64,000 nucleotides of DNA from Laetmonice hystrix (Eukaryota), in contig OZ249436.1 in assembly GCA_965235115.1 (NCBI GenBank), positions 5,520,001 through 5,584,000 of the forward strand. The letters are read 5' to 3'. Each line of letters opens with the position of its first letter. Positions within the stretch are counted from its first letter, which is position 1. Made by a program: the position numbers and the translations under genes. The notes under the pieces were generated by a model. The model was not told the origin of the DNA. It saw only the letters and a program-made list of their open reading frames with translations, and searched no databases. Shown piece by piece: positions 1 through 61,400 of the stretch.

Positions 1-65
1 CTAAAACTGGGTTAAAATGATGATAAACATTTCGAGTACAAGACTGACTGTTTAAATATTTGTAC

Positions 66-52303
<52,238 letters not shown>

Positions 52304-52845
52304 ACCTTCACGCTCAAAACGTTTGAACTGTGTAATTTCATTTCAAGTCATATTGTAATTTCTTGACATTTGCCACCATATTACAGTTTAAAGCTTCGCA
52401 GAAAATCGTTTCTGCTGAATAATTGAGGAGTCAGTAAAAAAAAGAAAATAGACTTTCAACGTATTATTTTATTATAGTTGGTACAAGGGTAGCCCAAAAT
52501 ATGATATTTTTTCTAAAAAATTATTTATTTTTCAATATAAACAGGCATTTAATAGTTTCCCTTGAAAATTTTATACTTTCCTACAATTCCAATAGATGGC
52601 GCAGCAGGAGGCTGAAGCTGCTGAGGGAGGGGCACAGTCGGAAGGAGCCTAAAGTATAGAACAGGGAGGTCCACTACTATATTATTGCCACACTTGAATA
52701 AACATGGAAAACAAAGTACAATTTAGTAATCTTGCTACCTAGGCCTACATGTAGAGCTTTGACAATACTGAGTGAGACATATCAACCAAGAAAAACTGAC
52801 TTTCTGACTTTCATCACCATCAATCATCTCCACCCGCCGTGATAT

Positions 52846-53518
52846 TGTTGTGAAAGTGCCTTGGGCCGAACCTAGCGCCACCTAGAGGGATGAGGCTCAC
52901 CTAGTCAGTATATCCTCATATCGCGCCCTCTGGCGGATCGTGTAAATCGACCGCCTCAGTTTGGCCCCAGAAGGGTAGAATCTATATAAGCCTGGGTTTC
53001 CCGCGATAACTAGAGAGTTGTTGCAAGTTTGTCGTCCTGTGAGGAGCCCCACGCGGTTACCTTACAGGCCGATATTGCAACCCTCGGCCTATGCCGCCAT
53101 AGCCCAGTGACCATTGGTCTACTGTGCTGGCCTAGTAGGCCCTCGCTAACCCAGAGCGTTTAACCGCCTCCATATACTCGGTCGCCCGGGCCACTGTCGG
53201 GTGACGACCGGTATTTGGTAGGCTTTATACCTGACGACCGCCCCTAGTCCTATCGGACTCCGTTTAGTGACTAGGGAAACACTGACCACGGACTACGACA
53301 TTGGTTACGGACCAAACACTTTGACCTACGGACTGACCCTCATATTGACCCCGGCAACAACCACGGACCATCCCTGTGATACGAAATATACCCACTCCAG
53401 TGGCAGGCCCGACATAGTCGACAAGCAGGCCGCTACGGTAAGTGTATTTCTATCGTGCCAGTGGAAAGCCCACGGCTATCCCAACCGTGCTGTAGTGACA
53501 CGGAGCAATTTCACTACA
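52846..53518 (+). repeat. 5' LTR
   Basis: TG...CA ends with an imperfect terminal inverted repeat; TATATAA at ~52983; matches 57495..58167 at a constant offset of 4649. Confidence 0.95.
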
Positions 53519-53520
53519 AT

Positions 53521-53533
53521 TGGTGTCAGAAGT
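53521..53533 (+). promoter_or_regulatory. Primer binding site complementary to the tRNA-Leu 3' end
   Basis: TGGTGTCAGAAGT starts 2 nt after the 5' LTR; it is complementary to ...ACTTCTGACACCA of tRNA-Leu(CAA/CAG), a common gypsy PBS. Confidence 0.85.
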
Positions 53534-55137
53534 AAAGTAACTGGCACGACAGTTATAAGTGAAACCACAGTTTCACTACAATTAGTGTCAGAAGTAAACT
53601 AACTGACACGGTAGTTGAAACCACAGTTTCACTACACGTAGTTGAAACCACGACACTCACTAATTGGTAGAGTCGACGGCACACTCCTACTACAGTAGTG
53701 AGTGAAAAACGTGCGTCATTGCCAGCGCTTAGATTTCCCGCGCAGAGCAGCACGCAGACGTTTGCCTGCACTCTAGATCTATTTGTGTTTACTCTTTCAC
53801 ATCTCCGTTTTCAGCATAGTCAATTGTTTGAAGCGGGGGGAGGTTGTGTAGAGTTTAACTTGTAGATTTGTCCAATTTGGTCAAAGTTGTGATTTGCACC
53901 AGTACACGTGCACCCATTCACACGCCACTCAGTACCTCTCGTGTGCGCGGTGAAGCGCGACGGTGGGCCAACTTGAGTGTTGACCGAGCTTATTGATTAG
54001 CCTAATATTGCTGAACTGTATTTTTGCTCGTACTGCGTATTTGTGCATCTATACTAGCTTCACATAATTACAGCGTAAGTTAAGCCTAACTTCGCAGTAA
54101 CTAGGGCTACTCACTAAAAGTGACAGAGGTGACGATTTGCATACGCATAGCGACTGATATGTGACTGGTGAGTGGTGCCACATATAGCCCCACTCTGCCA
54201 GACCACCGGTGCATTCGTTCCCTGCTATAGAATAGTGGTATAGGAGCATAAATTGTGCATTCTCTGAAGTAGACAGTAACGTTTTCTATTTAGTTTCGAT
54301 TCTGTATACTTGAATTCGTTACTTGTGCCATAATACAGGCTGTCAAACTTGAGTAACCACCTTGTGTTTACTTTGCATGACGACGGCCGCTACCGGAGAA
54401 AAGTACGACCACTAATCACCAGGTGGCGCCAGCTCGGGATACCCGTAGTACTACAAGCGCCATCTGATGTAAGAAAACGAACCACACTACCGCTCCACGT
54501 CGTATTGAACAAGACTAAGGTTGGAAAACAATTTCTACCAAACGGTACCTGTACTTTACGGACATTTACGAGCAATTCACTTGAAAGCCTAAGGTGTTTG
54601 CCTCTACTTACGACTATAACACTTGTTGTAGAGACATTCAGGGTGAGTAAGTGATAAAAGTGTTTGACAATATAAGGGTTTGACTGTATTACCTAGCATT
54701 GCTTATCTATTCAATTGTTACACAGAGATACTCGGTGTTGACTTTGAATTTACAGTCAATAAACTTAACCCTATTGTTGTCTCAGCTTACTATAAGCACT
54801 CCACTGTTTGAATTTTACTGAACTTCAGTGATTTTCTTGCAAATAACTTAGAAAGTTAGCAGTGCTTAACCTGATCAATTCAAGTACATGAACTAAATGT
54901 TACATTGTACTTAGATTAACTTATTGGATATAAGTTAATTAAAATATTTGACAAGTTCAAATTATACAAACTCGTACTTTCGAAATAAGTCGGAATATAG
55001 TACAAACTTTGTTATTCGAACTCAATACTTGTTCATTTATTCCTAAGTTCCAGTACATGAACTTAGTGATTCGGTAATTCCGATCTTGAATTAATAACAA
55101 GTAATTACCAAAACCTCTGAATACTTTAACTACTATA

Positions 55138-56829
55138 ATGCCTCCTAAAGCCCAAAGGAAAGTTATGGAAGAGGAGAGGGAGGAGGAGTTTTCATTCAGA
55201 GAGAGTTTTGGAGAACTCACATCTTACCTCCGTGAGTCAGACAAAAGGAGGGAGGAACGAGATATAGAAAGGGAGAGGCAGAGGGAGGAACGAGATATAG
55301 AGAGGGAAAGAAAAAGGCAGGAGCAAGCCCAATTCGAAATAGAAAGACAGAGGCATGTGGAGGCAGAGCGTGCCCTGCGAGAGGAGGAGCGCGCTCGAAT
55401 AGACCAGGAGGGTCGCGCAAGACTGGAAGCCAGTCAAAAACAAATGACTCAAGTATTGTACATGATGATGGAGAGGCTAGAAGCCCCCAGGCGGGAGGAG
55501 GAAGTGAAAGGTGCTGAGGCTTTGACTCCACCGCCACTTTCCCCACGCCATCCAGTACTTGTACCTCCAGTTATGCCAACCCTGTCTCCAGCTGGAGCGG
55601 TACCTAAGCATCCCACGGGGACGCAGCACCCTCCTACTATTGCTCCGCTCCCTCAGGAGCGACAGGCCCCGAACCCTCAGGAGCGATACGCTCAGCCTGT
55701 CCCCCTCTTAGCGATACCACATGTATCCACTTCCACCCCGAGTCTCCGTGAACGGGAAACAGAGAGGCAGCGACTCTTCAAGGAAGAGTACGCGGCAACT
55801 CTTGGGGTGATTGAGCGGCAGGCCCAGCAAGGGCCGCCCCGGGAGAGGATGAGCAATGCCAACCTCCGTGAACGGGATGCCACCACAGGTAGCATGGCTC
55901 AAAACACCATAGGTAGCAGAGCTACACAAATGGGGTATCCGTTGTCGAGGCCAAATATGGCTACATTCGAGGGTAATGAGGAGGAGAGCTGGGAAGCATT
56001 CATCTACCCCTTTGAACGAATGGCGAATCGTTATGGGTGGAATGAGGATGACCGGCTGGACCACCTTTACGAATGTCTTCGAGGAAAAGCCGCCCGCTTC
56101 GTGTTCTCATTGCCTGGAGATCACCGCGAAAGCTACGCCCTGTTGCGAGGAGAGCTCGATCTGAGATATGGTGAGACTGAACCAGCTGGGACTGTGCGGA
56201 TGAAGCTCGCGAGTTTTCGACAAGAATCCCGGTCCACTAAAGAGTACGCAGAAGACGTACAGCGGCTTGTTGCGCAGGCCTATCCTGGAATAGGCACTGC
56301 TACCCGCGAAGAACTAACAGTAGAACAGTTCTTGAAAGGGTACCGCAATAGCAACGTGGCCTGCCTGGTTCTAAACCATAAGCCAACGACCCTCACAGAG
56401 GCGAGACGGAAAGTCGATGAATTCGAGTATAATTTCCAGGTGACCCTTGGCCAGGAAGACCGCTCTCGATCAAAGTCGAGGCGCGTCAGTTGGCAGGACG
56501 AGGAAGCGCAGACCTCATGTGACGAAGAATCGTTAGAAATTCTCAAGAAGACTTGCAAGTCAGTCATGACTATGCATTCTGAGATAACTGGTGAGATCTC
56601 AGAGGTCTGTGCCCTAGTGAAAGACCTGACAAAGACTGTCAAGGAGCAAGGGATGGAAATAGCGGCATTAAAAGAACAGGTAAATGCCCAGAGTTGTGGG
56701 GATGCCCCCAACATCCGGCAAGCCTGCTATGCCACTCCCCCAAGCCCACAAAGGTCAATCAGCTCAGTTTGCCACAGCTGTGGACAAGTCGGACACCGAT
56801 CGAGTCCACAGTTGACGTCGGAAAACTGA
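55138..56829 (+). CDS. gag: Retrotransposon Gag protein (563 aa)
   Basis: E/R-rich coiled-coil N-terminus, Pro-rich linker, capsid-like segment FEGNEEESWEAFIYPFERMANRYGW...LRGKA...RQESRSTKEYAEDVQRLVAQAYP...EQFLKG, and a C-terminal knuckle remnant CHSCGQVGH. Confidence 0.9.
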   Translation: MPPKAQRKVMEEEREEEFSFRESFGELTSYLRESDKRREERDIERERQREERDIERERKRQEQAQFEIERQRHVEAERALREEERARIDQEGRARLEASQKQMTQVLYMMMERLEAPRREEEVKGAEALTPPPLSPRHPVLVPPVMPTLSPAGAVPKHPTGTQHPPTIAPLPQERQAPNPQERYAQPVPLLAIPHVSTSTPSLRERETERQRLFKEEYAATLGVIERQAQQGPPRERMSNANLRERDATTGSMAQNTIGSRATQMGYPLSRPNMATFEGNEEESWEAFIYPFERMANRYGWNEDDRLDHLYECLRGKAARFVFSLPGDHRESYALLRGELDLRYGETEPAGTVRMKLASFRQESRSTKEYAEDVQRLVAQAYPGIGTATREELTVEQFLKGYRNSNVACLVLNHKPTTLTEARRKVDEFEYNFQVTLGQEDRSRSKSRRVSWQDEEAQTSCDEESLEILKKTCKSVMTMHSEITGEISEVCALVKDLTKTVKEQGMEIAALKEQVNAQSCGDAPNIRQACYATPPSPQRSISSVCHSCGQVGHRSSPQLTSEN

Positions 56830-57482
56830 GCAGGGTCGAGTACACAGGCCACCACTCGACCCGGAGATCAGGCCAACATTACCCACCAATGAAAGTGCTG
56901 GGTATCGGTAACACTGTAACAGGTGTTACTACTAGACAAGGCATTGGTTGAAGGTGAGCAACCATTGGTTACATTCAGAGCATCTGTGAATAGTGAGAAT
57001 GCAGGTCAAACTAACTCAGTGCTTTGCCTGGTTTTCATGTCATCCAATATGACAAATGACAAAATGTCTTTAACCGGCAAGCAGCCTTAATTAACAACCA
57101 CATAACTATCTGTATCAGAATGAGTATGTGTAACTTTAAGGTCAGTATTACTGTTGATCTCTGACAGCATTCAGCCACAAAAGATGATTCACTTTTGCAC
57201 CCAACTTTAGGAGTACTGACTCGAATAGTCCTCGAAACAGTAACGTCTCGGGCTAAACGTTGCCAAACCTATACGATAGGCCAGTACTATGGCAATAGCT
57301 ATGCTTAGATGGTATCTGCCCTGAGATAACAACTAGTCGCACTATGTATCCACTCCTATTGTTTTCTGGATGTAGCAATTTCCAAATGACTGTTCCAGAC
57401 ACCCCGTTCAGTCAACAGGTAAGATGCCCCACTTTCACATCTGTGCATTTGCAAGGAAACATCGAAGAGACTCGATGGTGCT

Positions 57483-57491
57483 GGGAGGGGG
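57483..57491 (+). promoter_or_regulatory. Polypurine tract
   Basis: GGGAGGGGG just upstream of the 3' LTR, preceded by a small hairpin CATCGA-agagac-TCGATG. Confidence 0.8.
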
Positions 57492-57494
57492 TGT

Positions 57495-58167
57495 TGTTGT
57501 GAAAGTGCCTTGGGCCGAACCTAGCGCCACCTAGAGGGATGAGGCTCACCTAGTCAGTATATCCTCATATCGCGCCCTCTGGCGGATCGTGTAAATCGAC
57601 CGCCTCAGTTTGGCCCCAGAAGGGTAGAATCTATATAAGCCTGGGTTTCCCGCGATAACTAGAGAGTTGTTGCAAGTTTGTCGTCCTGTGAGGAGCCCCA
57701 CGCGGTTACCTTACAGGCCGATATTGCAACCCTCGGCCTATGCCGCCATAGCCCAGTGACCATTGGTCTACTGTGCTGGCCTAGTAGGCCCTCGCTAACC
57801 CAGAGCGTTTAACCGCCTCCATATACTCGGTCGCCCGGGCCACTGTCGGGTGACGACCGGTATTTGGTAGGCTTTATACCTGACGACCGCCCCTAGTCCT
57901 ATCGGACTCCGTTTAGTGACTAGGGAAACACTGACCACGGACTACGACATTGGTTACGGACCAAACACTTTGACCTACGGACTGACCCTCATATTGACCC
58001 CGGCAACAACCACGGACCATCCCTGTGATACGAAATATACCCACTCCAGTGGCAGGCCCGACATAGTCGACAAGCAGGCCGCTACGGTAAGTGTATTTCT
58101 ATCGTGCCAGTGGAAAGCCCACGGCTATCCCAACCGTGCTGTAGTGACACGGAGCAATTTCACTACA
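57495..58167 (+). repeat. 3' LTR
   Basis: Appears identical by eye to the 5' LTR; preceded by a polypurine tract and followed by the ATAT TSD. Confidence 0.95.
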
Positions 58168-58421
58168 ATATGACCCTGGGCCTGGCTGTTGCAAGGCCGC
58201 GTAAAATCCCAAATAAGCCTACCCACCCAACCAAACGACTTTCAAACCGTTTCCTCGGAAATTTATCTCCTCCACCCGAAATTATTTACATATATTTCCA
58301 AAAACGCCCCCTAACGTGGTCATTTTATCGGAAAGGATTTACTGTTCCGCCAGATGGCGCCATAGGACATCGCCATAAGAATTTTAATCGTTAACATCGC
58401 TGTCGACACTACGCAGGCAAA

Positions 58422-61400
58422 ATGGCGACCCTGGGTGATATGGTCCGACTCACAACGATTGAAAAGTCTTCAAGTTTCATAGGTATTGAAAGGAATACCT
58501 CCCCAGAGGCTGTAACAGTCACTACAGGCAGTCAGCATATCAGGGTTTATGATGTAAGTCATTTTCATCATCGTGCAAGGCACTAGGATGAGACAGAATG
58601 ACATCCTAGCGGCGGGACGACCGTTCACCCACGGCACCCACGTGGGATGTTTAGCCTAGCCCAGGGTCAGGTGTCGGCCGCCGCCGGAAATAAGCCGTCC
58701 ACGGAAGGCTGTCAATAAACCAGAGGCAAGGTCAAAGTACCAAGTAGTAGCAGTGATGACGGAAGCAAAAAAAAGTGGGGGGGGGGGGGGGGGCCAAACT
58801 GTTCTAACATACTCAAGTTGCAGGCCCCGTAGCGTAGGCGTTGCCGTTGCCAGAACATTTTGTGGGGGGGGGGGGGGGGGTGACCACTCGGAGAATGTGG
58901 ACCTCTACGTGCCCACTCGGAGGAAAGTTATTTAAAATCAAGTTCCAAGATTTGAAATGCTGGTCATTGGTGCGCCGAAGGTGCGAAGCCTCGAGCTGGG
59001 GGTTGGGGGAGTCCTCCCCCAGAAAAAAAATTGAAAATTAAAGTGCCAAATACGCGTTTTCATGGCATCTGGGAACACAAACACAAAAGCCCTGAAAAGT
59101 GGGGGGGCCAAACCATAGTATGCCTCCCCGGCCCCCCCTGTTCCGACATCACTGAGTAGCCTTACCAACCGGCGGTCAGCACTGCTCCTGCATGTGTCGG
59201 CTGCTTCCCATGTCATAACAACATTATTTTCATAGCGAGCGCAAGCGAGCCGCGCAGCGGCTCGCGAAGCGAGCTCTATGACAACACGTGTGAAAGGGTT
59301 GCCAAGGTGACACATACTGTCTCACAAAAAAATTTCGTCACATAAAACCGGAACCGGAAAAACCATGGAGCAAATCCATGGAGAAATCCATGGAGGGTCA
59401 TGTGACCCTTTCAGAGCGTGTGTGATTTGTGACGTCACAGTGAACAAACAGTCGCGTGAGTGTTTGTTCACTGTGACGCCACAATATCCCGACGTCTGTG
59501 CTGCTAAGTGACCAGTCCTGACATTGTATATTGTTATACAGTGTGTACTTATAATATTGTAGGCCTCCCGTCGCTGCGCTCGCCCTCTAGGTAGCACCTA
59601 CATCATATTACAGCGTTAACGTTACAGGGCTTCCGTTAGATTTTCATATCAGCGTAAATACGCAGACGTTCTACATTTTAACACCGAGGTCAGATTGTGA
59701 AATATGAACATACCCCACCCCTCAGGCTCAGCGTCCTTGACCGGATAGATCATGGCCCAACTCGGTCCTCACAATGACGGATGAGCTGTTGCTATAGATC
59801 TGTAGTTTCACATTCCCCCATTGAGGCGTGATAATGAGGAACTTAAAATACTGTGTATGTTTAGCCAGCTCAGTCTCAAACCTGGCTAATAAAACCTTTT
59901 AGGCTACAAAGAAAAGGTTTTCTTTCACAGTAGAAGGACTAATATTTTGACCAAAACGCGATACATAGGCAAGGTCCTAGGCCAGCTATGACAGCTTTAT
60001 AATCCTTTAAAAATTGGAATAGCTTTTGAAGTATGTGTATTTTTATTACTATATTTAAAATTTTAAAAATCTAGGCCCCTTATGTATAAAGTTTGTAATT
60101 GTACCTATGCATTTTAACCCACAGTTGAGAGATACCAGACCACAGAGAAGTTGGGCTTCTCGAGCTGGAGATGCCCTGACCTCCTCAGCAGTAGTGGACT
60201 TTAGTTCCAACAGTTATGTGGCAGTTTTAGACAGACAGGTGACTTAATTATTAAAATTTTGTTTATTTACTGTAATAGGTTAAGGTCAAAGCATATACTT
60301 TATTTTAGGTGTAGAGAAGTCATAATATTATGCCATTTGATCTCACGTTATCAATTGTTAGAATCCTTCAGGAGAAATGAATGTTCCTAAAACAAACCAC
60401 AGATTATCACTATTTCCTTTGTGCATGCATGCAAAAGCAAGACTTGTCATTTTATTTTAATATTATTACTATTATTTTCAATATATATGTAACAAATGAT
60501 ATGCATTTAGTACCCATTAAATCAACATGCCTTTCAAAGCAATTAAAAGTCTAATGAAAAGTTTCTTCTTAATTCAGAAAATACGATGTTGGAGTGAGGA
60601 GGATACAAATTTTGATAAAGCCAAAAAGAAAACTGTAAGTACAGGGGGCATATGTTTTGCCTTTTAAAGCAATAAATATGTAAAGTAACAAAGCATGTCA
60701 ACATCGTCACTGCCAGGAAACTGAGATTTTATCAGCCAAGGTGAGGCACTCCTTGATAGAGACAGTGGGCTTTTTTAAAAGGCAGATGCTCTCTTATAGG
60801 CAACTTGTGCCATAGAATTTAGACACAATCTTGTATTAGATTAAAAGTTTTTATATACAAATATTATGGTAAAACAAATCTGTACTGTCTTAGCAACTGC
60901 TAATCCAATATTTTAATCACATGTCCATAAATTTGTTTACCTCAGGCACCAAAGCCAGTGCACCAGGTCATTAGTGCGCATGGGGCAGGCCCTTTAATTG
61001 TCTACAGTGATGGGACATTAGCCTGGCTGAGTAACATCAAAGAAAGTTTTGGTCAGGCCCTGGAAGGAAATAGCAAGATTGTTGGTGTTTGCAAAGCAGT
61101 TTACACAGGGAAGAAAGTGTGGCTGGTGATCATTGTCAGGAGTGAGGTAGTGTGATGTTTCTGTGAATACTATTAGTTATACTACAGTATAATACCTTTA
61201 TTATTGATGATAACTATAGATTTTATACATATACAGTGCTTAGTGTCATTATAGAAATGCTAGTTAGCCCTTCAATGTGAATGCCCTTGGCAATAGTTAT
61301 GATGTTAATATTAAATCAGTAACAATAAAAGCAACCAAAACAGTCACCTCAATCATATGTGTATGTAACTGTGTGGCTAACTTTACTTCTTTGTGGACTG

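Larger units (their letters stand above)
52846..58167 (+). mobile_element. Ty3/gypsy-type LTR retroelement, gag-only (non-autonomous), recent insertion
   Basis: Two 673-bp direct repeats TGTTGTGAAA...TTTCACTACA; ATAT duplicated at 52842-52845 and 58168-58171; PBS and PPT present; one long ORF (Gag); no RT, RNase H or integrase ORF. Confidence 0.95.
52304..58421. promoter_or_regulatory. Divergent SMG1/NOL11 promoter region, interrupted by the LTR element
   Basis: Head-to-head ATGs; ~790 bp apart once the element and one TSD are removed; CTCF-like motifs at 52589 and 58347; YY1-like AAAATGGCG over the NOL11 ATG. Confidence 0.65.

Noticed and set aside
53267..53602. ORF MTRETLTTDY... occurring twice (also 57916-58173)
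   Set aside because: Lies within the LTRs, starts at GTG, and has no recognisable domain.
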